In this document: positions 13,191-24,900 of the stretch, in pieces
Layout: every line of letters starts with the position of its first letter
Position numbering within the stretch: position 1 is the first letter of the stretch
Assembly (NCBI GenBank): GCA_032718475.1
Contig: JAUCBJ010006096.1
Coordinates: 19,774 to 83,773, forward strand
DNA from: Nemertoderma westbladi
Taxonomy: Eukaryota > Animalia > Xenacoelomorpha
Direction of reading: 5' to 3'
Length of the DNA stretch: 64,000 nucleotides
The notes under the pieces: model-generated
What the model saw: the letters and a program-made list of their open reading frames with translations, nothing else
What the model was told of the DNA's origin: nothing
The model's database searches: none
Program-made: the position numbers and the translations under genes

Positions 13191-14089
13191 TATTCGCAAC
13201 ATTCATGTCCCCAAGTTTATTCCTAAAGTAATTGTGTTTGTTACACATACCGTTATAGTTAAATTAACCCCGGTACTACACGGGCTGCTTGGCGTAGGAC
13301 AAGACTGGTGACTTTGTGCTTCGGTCACTCCAGCAGATGCCGTGGTTCTTTTAACTGTTCAAGTATATTTAACTACTGATTATTTGTTGTACCAGTACTT
13401 GTACCTAATTTAGGGTTTAGTGTACAGTGCTTTCCGAAGTAATTAGTGTGTAGGCAGTATATTTGTGTTGTAAAGTGGTTAATAGGCACGCTGGATCTGG
13501 TAGTCCGCGGTAATTAACTTCCAGGTAGGAACACTCCGTGATACATAACGTAGTACCTATAGCGATACGGCTATAGGTCGTCAGGCGGTGGTATTTTCCT
13601 ATCTGGACAGCGCAATATATTTACTACTACTTATTATTTCAAATACCGTAGTACCCTGTCCATTGTAATAACCAGAAATCTAACCCTTTGTTAGGCTGGT
13701 TTGTAGACTTCCTGTAAAATTACCCTAAAATTTCGTACGTAATATTTTTGTTGTGTTTAATTAGAGAATTAATCTCACCCGTATCGTAAGAAATTTGTAG
13801 TATTAAGTAACTTAGGAAAATTAGAATGTAGCACTCCACTGAGAGCGCACAGCTTCTGTGTAGTGACCCCAGAAATAATAACATTTATTTCAAATATTGA
13901 CAAAACCCATTTTAAACGGGTATATAAATATTATAAATCAACTCAAACGATTTATAAATAGTAGGCCTGCCATACAACAACTAGGTCTCAATATCAGTTG
14001 GACTACTGCTTAAATAACAGTAATAAAGTAAGTTAAAGTAATCAAGTAACCCTAAAATATTCAGAAATTCAATTATTCTAAAATAATTG

Positions 14090-14345
14090 ACATACCGGTA
14101 TTTACCATAGGCTTATTATATTTATTTCTATAAATTTGAGCTAAAATCATACCGGTATTCTGTAATTAATTCTAGTTCATAATTATACTTATATATACTA
14201 TAAGTGTAAGCTGTATACCGGTATTCACGATAGGCCTATTATATATTTATATATATTTGTGCTAAATTATATACCGGTACTCTGTGACAAAACTAGTTTA
14301 CAATACTTATATATATTATAAGTGCATACCGGTATTCTAATATAC
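14090..14345 (+). repeat. Degenerate ~60-bp repeats centred on ataccggta
   Basis: Five ataccggta motifs at about 55-65 bp spacing. Confidence 0.6.
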
Positions 14346-14443
14346 TGCAATAAATTACTGGTACTAGGCCAACGGTCATACTGAATTACTAGACTTGCTT
14401 TAACTGTAACTATAGCAGTAAGCATTCAACTGTATAGCTAAAC

Positions 14444-17400
14444 ATGTCTGACACTCAGCAAAACCTGTCAGACAGTCTAATCGATACAACCATCTGTGAC
14501 ACAGATAGGAGTGTGGAGCGATTAAGAAAGGAGTTCAGCTCACCTCCTACTGAAAGAAAAGTCATCCCTCCAGTAGTGGTATCGGACCCTAAGCTAATCC
14601 AACACCGTAGGTCTATCATCGGCACTCGGGCCCAAGTCAAACGGAACCAGGAAGCAGCTGTCCCACAGCAGCAACAGCCTAGTCAAGAAACTTGTTCCCA
14701 GCGATCCGATAGCTCCAGTAGTTCGGATACTGTCGAGCTGACCCCCGAACGCGGATTGCGGATGGCGGCTAAAGCCTACTCGGACCCCCTTCTCACCCTC
14801 CCTGCCGCAGTGCTAACTACTATATTGATTGCGGTGGAGGAACATCAAGCCAATTGGGCGAGAAATAAGCGAGCGACCCAAGATAATTATGCGGGATACG
14901 CCAGGGAAGAATTGATGTCTATTGTCGAGTCACAATGGAACTTTCCCGAACCCGGACTCCCGTTAGATCTGTCCGAGGCTACTTGGGAAGATATACACAG
15001 GATGGGAGTGGCTAAAGATACGATGGATCCAGCTGTTTGGAAGAGGTCGGCAGCAGGATATGTGCAGGGATTCTTCGGCTCCTTAGAGCGATTAGAAGAA
15101 CAACTGTTTCGACAACCCCAAGGACCTCAAGAGCAAGAAGAACTGCTATACCAAGTACGCGAAAGAACCCTACGCATTCGACTAATCCTATCAGCCTTTG
15201 AGGAAACTTCCAAAAGAAGACAGGACACGTCGCTGCAAGTTGCTGTCAAAACTTGGTTCCAGCGGGTGGGTCGCAAAGTACAAGAAACGGACCAGTGGAA
15301 ATCCCAGCTGTCTGAGAGACTAACCTATGAAGAACCAACCGATGCCACCCTTCCTCAAGTGGAAGGCGAAGAGACCGCAGAGAGACCACGAACGAGAGAC
15401 GCCATAGACATTTATCTGTCCGACTATCAGCGATTCCTAGGAGACGAAGAGTTGAGGAGACGGCTTTCTGGACTTTCCCCTAATAGTGAAGGAACCCAAC
15501 GTGTGTTAGACTCAATCGATGCTGAAATGTTAGCTGCTAACCAAGCAGAATTTGATGAAAAACTCTGCCTCGCTAGAGTCCAGGAAGAACAAGTAAAGAA
15601 AAGACGGATAGAGGAACAAAAGGCGGCGGCTATGGCAGAAGCAGAAGTAGAAAGAAAGGCAGTGACGGCAGAAGCAGAAGCAGAAAGAAAAGCAGCAAAG
15701 GCAGTGGCAGAAGCAGAACGGAGAGCCTCTGAGCAGAGTACCCAACTGGAGTTGGAAAATCTGCAAGAGACGCAAGACAACATAAATAAACAGTTAACTG
15801 CTAGTCAAATGCAGATGATGAGACGATCTACTCCCAAACGCCAGGGATACACATCATCGGAGGAAAGCGAAACCACCGATCCTGAAGGCGGAGGAAATAG
15901 ATCTCGTCTAAGCAGGCGTAGAAAAACATCTCACCGTCACAAATTGCCTGATTTGCCCCCAGCTATTAGAAGACAGCTAGCTAGCACAGACTTAGGTAGT
16001 ACGGAACCCGCATACCAAACTATTCAGGTCAAAAGACTCCCTACAATAGTTGATGAGCCTGAAATAATTAGGCCTGTCGTTCCCAAAGTCACTTCTGTGT
16101 TAGAGACCCCTGTACTTCCAGAGCTTAACTCTAAATTCCCTTTACATAGTACTACACTGCCTGTACCCGGTAGAACAGTCCAAGAGAATATCCCTGTCCT
16201 GGAATCTGAGAGAGAAATCAAAGATTTGTCTCCTGTCGTCCCGCGTAAGCCCGCTACAATGTTGGCGACTCCCGCTTCGGCGGTCGAGTGGGTAGAGGAG
16301 GGACGGCGGGGGATGAACCTCCTGCTCGGACAGATGCAGGAGACTGTCCACCAACTTAAGGGAACAGTAAGGGAAGGTAGGGCAGAGTTGCAAGAAGTGC
16401 AGCAAAGTATCGCACTGGAACGCGACAAGTTAGTCAATATACAAAAAGGGATACCAATACCCCCTGTAAAATTGTGTCAACCTGTTAGGTCTGAAGTATT
16501 GCATGCGCAAGGTGTGGAGCCTACACGCATCTATACTGCTAGTGAAGTAGAAACTCCTATAGCAAACCCTATTAAGGGTGATTATAGACCTGTTGTTAAT
16601 GATGTTCCTTATAGACCTGACAATGATCCGAGAAATTTATATACCGATAATTCGATATTAAATAACACGATGGCCCAAGAAAGCTTTACGCGTCAGATGG
16701 CCAGAACAGAAGCCCGCCAAGCGGTCAAAGTGGGAGAGATCGTCAAATTCAATGGAGATGAGATGAAATGGTTACCTTTCAACGAATATTACAAAGATAG
16801 CATACAAAACTCTGTACTATCTAACGGAGAGAAACTTAGGTTCCTCATCAAGTGCTTGGAAGGACCTCCCAGGTTAATGGCGTTAAAGTTTATTGGACAT
16901 CCAGAAGGATTAAGACAAGTATGGGATACATTAAACATCAGGTACGGTAACAAGGATAACATAGCTAAGTATTTGTATGCAAAATTAGTAGCCCCCCGAC
17001 GCTTCCTTAGTAGCGGGATTATAGAGTTTTCCGATGAAATTCAGGAAATCTGTAGACAATTGGACTGGTTAGGTAAGTCTCATGAATATCAAAGTTCCAT
17101 GGTTATTGGAGCAGTAGTCTCTACTTTACCAAAGGGTGGAGTATGTACACGCTGGGACAAGAAAGTGTTGTACATGAATGAACAACAACAACGAAGTCCT
17201 ACCATGGCTGATCTCATGTCCTTCTTAGATAGTGAAGTAAAACTACAACTCATCAACCAGTCCAGAGAGAAAACATCGGAAAATAAGGTAAGTGAGAAAC
17301 CCGCTTCTAGGAGAAGAGTAACCCCGGTGTGTTACACTGACGACGGCGAAAGCCAAGCTTCTCAAGAAGAGGACAGCGGGAAAGACACTGAGAGATCTTA

Positions 17401-17560
17401 CTACGTTGACAAAACCTCAAAAGATGTAAGTAAATACAAGGCTCGAAACAACAATAGGAGAGAACAGGTTGCCAAGACCCCCCTCAGTCTCCTAACAGAA
17501 TGCACCGAAGAAAACCCGAAGAAAAAACGAGAGTGCATCAAGTTACCCAAGGTAAAGTGA
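14444..17560 (+). CDS. gag: BEL/Pao Gag N-terminal part (long coiled-coil/Pro-rich region plus DUF1759-like domain), frameshifted before the zinc knuckles
   Basis: FNGDEMKWLPFNEYY...LSNGEKLRFLIKCLEG...W..L..RYG; AEAERKA repeats; homologous to copy 2. Confidence 0.85.
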   Translation: MSDTQQNLSDSLIDTTICDTDRSVERLRKEFSSPPTERKVIPPVVVSDPKLIQHRRSIIGTRAQVKRNQEAAVPQQQQPSQETCSQRSDSSSSSDTVELTPERGLRMAAKAYSDPLLTLPAAVLTTILIAVEEHQANWARNKRATQDNYAGYAREELMSIVESQWNFPEPGLPLDLSEATWEDIHRMGVAKDTMDPAVWKRSAAGYVQGFFGSLERLEEQLFRQPQGPQEQEELLYQVRERTLRIRLILSAFEETSKRRQDTSLQVAVKTWFQRVGRKVQETDQWKSQLSERLTYEEPTDATLPQVEGEETAERPRTRDAIDIYLSDYQRFLGDEELRRRLSGLSPNSEGTQRVLDSIDAEMLAANQAEFDEKLCLARVQEEQVKKRRIEEQKAAAMAEAEVERKAVTAEAEAERKAAKAVAEAERRASEQSTQLELENLQETQDNINKQLTASQMQMMRRSTPKRQGYTSSEESETTDPEGGGNRSRLSRRRKTSHRHKLPDLPPAIRRQLASTDLGSTEPAYQTIQVKRLPTIVDEPEIIRPVVPKVTSVLETPVLPELNSKFPLHSTTLPVPGRTVQENIPVLESEREIKDLSPVVPRKPATMLATPASAVEWVEEGRRGMNLLLGQMQETVHQLKGTVREGRAELQEVQQSIALERDKLVNIQKGIPIPPVKLCQPVRSEVLHAQGVEPTRIYTASEVETPIANPIKGDYRPVVNDVPYRPDNDPRNLYTDNSILNNTMAQESFTRQMARTEARQAVKVGEIVKFNGDEMKWLPFNEYYKDSIQNSVLSNGEKLRFLIKCLEGPPRLMALKFIGHPEGLRQVWDTLNIRYGNKDNIAKYLYAKLVAPRRFLSSGIIEFSDEIQEICRQLDWLGKSHEYQSSMVIGAVVSTLPKGGVCTRWDKKVLYMNEQQQRSPTMADLMSFLDSEVKLQLINQSREKTSENKVSEKPASRRRVTPVCYTDDGESQASQEEDSGKDTERSYYVDKTSKDVSKYKARNNNRREQVAKTPLSLLTECTEENPKKKRECIKLPKVK

Positions 17561-20500
17561 GTAACATAAAACCTAACTGTGCGTTGTGCGACGGGACCCA
17601 CCGTTTGAGTGCGTGTGCTGAATTTCTAAAGAAATCCCTTGTAGACAGACGTGCAGTCGTGTGGGACAAGCGGTTATGTTATAATTGCCTCAGACCAGGA
17701 CACCAACGGCGAACCTGTTACTCCGACATAAAGTGTGCAAAGTGTGGCGCGAAACATCACATCTTGTTACACAGTGAGTTCGATCGAGACAAACTGAGTC
17801 AGGTAAGTGAGCCCGAACTACATGTCCAATTCAGTGATGTAAACGACACTGATCAAGAATCTGAGATGGAAGGATTCTATACTGACGAATTCTCCGACGC
17901 CAACGAATCCTGTTATCTAATCAATACCGCAGTGTATCGAGCACTTACTTATGAAAAGGACACCAACGATGAGTTTCCCCCAACTACTTTTGCCAAACAA
18001 CCATCTTGGAAAGCTCCAACTTCCAACGTAGGAATCAGAGAATTTCCTGTAGTGCAGGTAAGAGTTCACGGTCTTAACAAAAGTTACATAGTGAACGCCC
18101 TCCTTGACTCTGGCAGCACAGGAACATTCATCGATCAAGAACTAGCCGAAGATATCTTTGCTGGACAACCCAAGTTCCGGACTAAATTGAATATGTCAGG
18201 AATTATGCAGGTTTGGAAATCTACCCTAACGGCAGATTACTATGTAGGTGTGTTGTCCACCCCCCAGGATAAGTTAGGAGCACAAGGTATAAGGTCGGTA
18301 AAAATGGTGGCTATAAAGAACTTCGCTACTACTCAAGCAGACCTTTATAATTGGGACGAGGATGAGAGCATCCAACATCTTAAGATACCTCGATTCCAGA
18401 CAGATTATCCTGGAGTGCAAATACTCATCGGCCAAAACGCGCATGAAGCGCTCGAAACATTGGAGAAACGGCCTGCTCAACCACAGCCACTGCAAACCTA
18501 TGCGGTAAGAACTAGAGTAGGTTGGTACCTTACTGGCCCTTCCCGCAGGACTCTCGAAGAACAAATATACCAAGTAAACGATTGGGAAGTGGAGAGCAGT
18601 GAGGTGGACGAACTAACTGAGGGAACACCATACTCCTCAGATAATGACGACATCTACCAACTCTTCGATGAAGAGAATACAATCGACCTACTTACAGAAA
18701 ACCAAACTTGGAAAAATCAGGTGAACCTATGTCAACTGATTCGCCCATCGGAACCCATCGCTTACAATGACGAACTAAACGATGAGATAGAGCGCTACAA
18801 CGCTAGAACTCGGGACGAACTATCCGTACGATTCTTTACTCAGGAACTGGTAGAGCCCAATTCATATGATAAGGCTCTATCGATAGAAGAAGAAAGAGCC
18901 AAGCAAATCCAGGAAACAACTACACGTTTTTTAAAAGACCAAGGTAGATATGAAATCGGCCTACCATTTCGAAAACGAGAACCTAGATTTATAAATAACA
19001 GACCTTTGGCAGAGAAAAGAATCGCTCAATTACATCGACGACTTACAGCTAATGCTTCAGCGAAAGAAATGTACCAAACTCAGCTGAAGAAATTTATAAC
19101 AAAGGGATACGCGGAGCGAGTACCGGAAGGAACACCAGTGACTGAGAGAACGTATTACTTAACGCATCATTACGTTCCCAAACCCGGTAAACCACACGAA
19201 GTACGAGTCGTATTCGATGGCTCCGCCCTATATATGGGCCAATCCCTCAATTCCGAGTTGTTACCAGGACCCAACTTACTCCAATCTTTGTTGGGAATAC
19301 TTTTAAGATTAAGACAATATTCCATCACGTTCGCCTCAGATATAGAAGGAATGTTCTTACAAGTCAAGGCGCTGGATAGAGATAGAGACAGCCTGAGATT
19401 TCTGTGGTGGCCTGAAGGAGACCTCAATCAGAAACCGGTAGAGTATTGGATGACCATCCAGGCTTTTGGAATCATATCAAGCCCTTCCAACGCCTGCTCC
19501 GTGGTGTGAACCACTGCGAATGACAACCGAGACTCCTTCTCAAAGGAGGTGATAGATAACATCAAACGGAATATATACATGGACGACAATTTAAGGTCCC
19601 TTCCATCAGTAGAAGAAGCCATAGATGTCGCGAAAGGAACGGTAGAGTGATTGAAAAGAGGTGGATTTCGACTGACGAAATTCACCAGCAACTCCCGTGA
19701 GTTTCTAGAAGCGATACCGGTAGAAGACCGCAGAGCGAAAGACCTAGACTTAATAAAGGACGATCTTCCTGAAACCAAGACGCTAGGCTTAAAGTGGGAC
19801 ACTGAAAGAGACATCCTGTTTTTTCAGTTAAAACAGCGAGATAATCCAGTTCGGACCAAACGGATTTGTTTAAGTATTCTGAGCACTTATTTCGACCCAT
19901 TGGGATTCATTAGCCCAGTTATATTGATTGCTCGGAGTTTAGTACAACAAATGTGGCTTGAAAACCACTCATGGGACGATCCACTTAAGGGAGAATTGTT
20001 AACGAAATGGATGAAATGGGAAGATTCTCTACCTGCCATCGAGAACTTTATAATTTCCCGTGCATATTTTGGCCATGTTCTCCCTACGTACTCTTATCAA
20101 CTCCATGTGTTTGGAGACGCCAGCGACATGGGAATAGGTATAGTAGCATATCTGCGAGTCGAAACTCCGGATGGGATCAAGGTCGCCTTGGTTACCTCTA
20201 AGGCATTGATTAACAACAAGTTAAAGGTTCCTCGAGCGGAGTTAAAGGCAGCTTTATACGCTACAGCCATCGGCCGGAACGTAACGGAACAAATCGACTA
20301 TCCACTGGAGAAAACGGTTTATTGGACCGACGCTTTACTCGTGTTGGAGTATCTAACCAATGAAGTCTGTCAGTTCAGCGTTTTTGTTACTAACCGAGTA
20401 GCTATTATTCTTAGTCGCACAAAGATAGATCAATGGAGACATTGCCCTGGTACGATTAATCCAGCCGATATCGCCTCCAGGGGAGCAACTCCACAGGAAC

Positions 20501-21685
20501 TGATAGATACTCCAGATTGGTTGGGTGGACCCGACTTCCTGAGCAAGGAAGAGGATGAATGGCCTCCTCACCTTACTACGGCAGAGATTAGACAAGCCAA
20601 GGGAGCGGAGACAGTCAAACCTAAAACCCGGGCGAGTAAATCGAAGTTATTTAAACCGACTATCGATCTATCTGTATTACATACTTCCGGGAATGATGCT
20701 TCGGATCCACAATCCCTCAACACAAATAAGTCTGTTGTGGAAATTAGAGATAAAGATTGGAAATCTGGAATACCAGACGTCTCGCAAGGAATCTCACCCA
20801 TGCTGCAGAGAGCAATGCATCATTACAGTTCCTGGAATCGGCTCTGTAAAGCCGTCACATATTTAAGACGATGTTTTCATCATCACTACTCCAGGACGAA
20901 GACCACTAGTGATACCGCTCCATTGACATCTGCACAAGTTCATGTTATTAAAAATTTACCCAAATATAAGACATCTGACCGTTTTCTAAAGGAGAAAATT
21001 AGTCACCAGGAACATGAAGAAACCAATAAGCAGGTACTGAGACTCCTGCAATGCTATGAGGATCCCGAAAAGTATTTCCTGTTGTTAAGAAATCCGCAGA
21101 TGCGCTTAAGGGATCGATTCTCGAGCACAATGATAGATGGGTTAATACGTGTTGGAGGAAGACTCACCAATGCGCCCTTATCCTTTGACACCAAATTCCC
21201 CATACTTATTAGAAATCTTGAAGTACAAATCAAGATGATTGTAGATGTTCACAGTAAACTTTATCATGCTGGTAGAGAACGAATTCTTAGCGAAATTCGA
21301 ACTCGCTATTATTTTAATAAACCCCGTAGAGCTCTGAACCAAGTTCTTAGGAACTGCATACCCTGTAGGAAAGCATTCAGTAGGCCTTTAACACAGCGAG
21401 AGGCAGAATTACCTAGGGAACGAGTAAGCTTCTATGAACCACCTTTTACTAATACTGGTGTAGATTTATTTGGCCCTATTGAAGTATATCGTGCGAGGAC
21501 TATAGTCAAGAGATGGTGTGTCATCTTCGTGTGCATGACTTGTAGAGCCATCCATCTCGATATGGTGAACGATCTATCTACCAACAGCTTCGTCTTAAGT
21601 TTACGACGACAGATCGCTCGCTTCGGGACGAGTAATACCATAAGGGAACGAACTTCATTGGTGCCAACAACGAAATACAGGCTTA
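17500..21685 (+). pseudogene. pol: BEL/Pao gag-pol remainder: three Cys/His knuckles, aspartic protease, RT, RNase H, partial integrase
   Basis: CALCDGTH..C, CYNCL..GH..C, CAKCGAKHH; ALLDSGS; IYMDD; FGDAS; NPADIASRG; GVDLFGP; stops at 19507 and 19648; small deletion at ~21641 removes the integrase SD. Confidence 0.9.
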
Positions 21686-21887
21686 CATAACATAACATAA
21701 TACTCAGTTCTATAATGCTATAATGTATATATTGGTTTAGACAATAATCACATACTTACATAAATCAGTCCTTCCTATTCTAACGCTAGGCCTATACTGC
21801 TATACATAAGTACAGTAGGAACCGGTACTGTCACATCACCTCAATCATCCCATCACCAGAGCCATGGCCTATTCCAGAGCAGTCACA
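21686..21887 (-). repeat. Copia 3' LTR (outer 10 bp missing)
   Basis: Matches 26933-27134; lacks tgtgaaatat. Confidence 0.95.
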
Positions 21888-21901
21888 ATCTCCCCTCTTA
21901 C
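21888..21901 (-). promoter_or_regulatory. Polypurine tract
   Basis: gtaagaggggagat on the minus strand immediately before the 3' LTR. Confidence 0.85.
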
Positions 21902-21992
21902 AATATTAATGAAAACAGTACAGAATAAATCAATATGTATATCTCCCCCAACTTTGTAACAAATAACATCTATGAGTTTTGAGTTAGTGATA

Positions 21993-24900
21993 TTACTCAT
22001 TAGTTTTATTACACCATCCCAAATAAGAATGATTTTGTAATTGCCCTGATTTCAATACCCCACGTAGAAGAGTTTTAGACGCCCCTCTTTTGGTCAGCGA
22101 GTCCGCCACTTGCTCTTTAGCTTCTACCCAAAGAATTTCAAGCTCGTGCCGTTCTACCTTCTGACGGAGAAAGGCAATGTCAACCCTAAGACCGCGATCC
22201 TGAACGACATTCGTAGTTTGGACTGCCGAAAATAGACTTCTGTTGTCAATTAAACACACCAACGGGAGCTGAACACCATGAATTTCCTCCACAATAGCTA
22301 AGATCTCTCCAGCAGCATCTATCCCTTCCACCAGAGCTAACGTTTCGGCAGCTAATGTACTCCTCACCACCCTTCGTAATTTTCTGCTTTGCCAAGCCAA
22401 TGGCAGACAAACACCTCGTCGATTAGTCAGAAATATAATGAATGCACCCTGTGATGATCCATCTGATAAATTCGCATATGATGCATCACTATACACCTGT
22501 AATATACAATTTTCAATAGATCCTAGATTGGGATAATAAACATCCAGTTTCTCGTATTTAATATCCTTTATGACCTTATTAACTGTACGTATTACATTTA
22601 TTGTCGCATTTTTAATATTAGTACTTGAAATGCAGATCTCATATCCAATATCTGGTCTCGTTTGATTGAAGATCCACATGAGTTGTCCCAATACAGTTTT
22701 TAATGATTTTTTACAATTATCATTTAGTTTATCTTCACTGTACTGATGCGATGGTACCTCAATTTCCTGTAGCTCTTGTATATAGTTGTCTTGGCTAATA
22801 GTTATACCTTCAGTTGTTTGAATCAAATCTAAGCCTATATATTTAAAGGTACCAAGTTCTTCATGACTCAATAGAAATGTTGATCGAACTTTCCTCATAA
22901 CCCGACTCTCAAAAACTTCTGTACCACTGTAAACAATATCATCAACATGGGTCACAGCAATTCCATGTAATGTACCCGATATCTTGTAAATAAACATTGC
23001 CGGATCAATCTTACTGACAGTCATGCCCAATTTTAACAATTGGTCCCTAAAACGTGTGTACCACATTCTAGGCGCATCGACCAATCCATAAACGCATTTC
23101 TTTAGTTTCCATATTTTCCCTGGAATGTGACATTCTTTTGGAGGCTGAACATATACTTCCCGTGAAATAGGGTTTCCCTGTAAAAAGGCAGCACGAACAT
23201 CAAATGACTTGAGTTCCCAGTTGTTGCTCACTATTGTGGCCAAAACCATCCTAAAACTTTCCTTACTACATGTTGGTGAATCACAGCGAACATCTGTAAT
23301 TTCTTCGAAGCCCCTTGCTACAAGCCTTGCCTTCACAAATTTATGACCATTGAGTTCTTTTTCTGTTAATATCCATTTTATTGAAATAGTTTCTTGACCT
23401 ATCTCATCAACCTCCAAATAAACATCATTTTCTTTCCAACTTGTCAGTTCTTTTACCTTAGCATCCATTATTTCCTGCACTGAATGAGTTTTATGGGTAA
23501 CAGTGGTTACTAAAACTTCGTTTAAGGTTTCATCTTTAATTTTCCATTGACTCACATAATCTGGCCAGTCTACACATTTTGGCTCCTTTTCATCAGCAAC
23601 TTTAATGTTTACAAATGTATTATACTTCCCAGTTGACTTGAGTTTGCTTAATATCTTGCCTTCCTTCCATTGTTCAGATTCATACGGTCGAAATAAAACA
23701 GTATTTCGAATCTTTGGGATTATTGAACCATTCTTATAAGAATGTATTTCCGCATCTTTACTCATTGAACCTTGAACTGTAATTTCACTATTGTCATTAT
23801 TTTCCAGAATTGCCACATCATCACATCCTACTAATCTCTCTGTATTATTATGGTTAACTTGGCTGTCCTCATCTAGAACAGCAGTATCATTATCTGAAAG
23901 AACCTCAATTTGTTTCGATTGGAAATCGTTTATATCTGTATTGACAACAGACAGGGGTGACTTATCGATAGAACCTCTTCCACTTTCCTCCTTCGAACTT
24001 TTCTCCACAGGGTTGTGCAAGTCATCCATTTGTCCAAATGTAACAGATTTTACATGCTTTAAATGACAGGGATGTACTCGATAATACTCAGACTGATGTT
24101 TAACTAAAACTGTTTGACCTTCTTGCCCTAGAACAATAGCTGGTCCACTCCAATATTTATGTTTATTTCTTCTAAAATAAACCTTATCTCCATTATTATA
24201 ACTGACGTCATTGCTGGTACGTACCTGATGTCTCAATGCTCGTCGTATTTTCTCACTAGATTCAGCTTTGATATAATTTTCTCTCGCTAAATGCATAGCA
24301 TTGATATTCGACCCAACCAATTTACTACAGGTTCTCCCTTCTAGAGCCGGTAATTCATCGACTAACACATTTGGTAAAGTAGGGTTGCGGCCAAAGGCTA
24401 GTTGATTAGGGCTATAACCATGTACCATTTGAAGTGAGTTTTTGGCACTTAGGGCCCAATATAAGGCAGTTTCTAAATCACAGCCTGAATCCTGATATGT
24501 TCTCTCTAAAGTTTCTGCTAACACAGCATTGTGCCGCTCCACTATCCCATTGGAGAATGGAGATTCTGCTGACGATACTTGTAGTTGTATATTAAAATTC
24601 TGACACATGTCTCTATAATGTTCATTAGAAAATTCCCCTCCATTATCAGACATGAATTTCTTTGCAGCCCCAAAGCACCATATCCATGTCTTAAATAAAC
24701 CTTTAATGACACTATCCTTCTGTTTATTTGAAATCAAACAAGCTGCAGAAAATCTCGATGCTAAATCTATAAGATGAAGAATATATACTCTCGGACGAAT
24801 TTCTTTCAGATCCATTGCCACAACCTCATTGAACTCATGTGCTCGCTTCAACCCTACAATAGGTCGGGGTTTAGGCTTTTTGTATTTCTGACAAACCTCA

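Larger units (their letters stand above)
10741..21685 (+). mobile_element. BEL/Pao LTR retrotransposon copy 1, 3' end deleted
   Basis: gag-PR-RT-RH-INT order; putative 5' LTR begins tgtgact at 10741, matching the LTR start of copy 2; ends abruptly inside the integrase. Confidence 0.85.

Noticed and set aside
17470-17560. Programmed gag-pol frameshift in BEL copy 1
   Set aside because: Copy 2 reads through in frame (REQVTTPPTSPKRIH); copy 1 has an indel at a C-run, so this is a mutation or sequencing error
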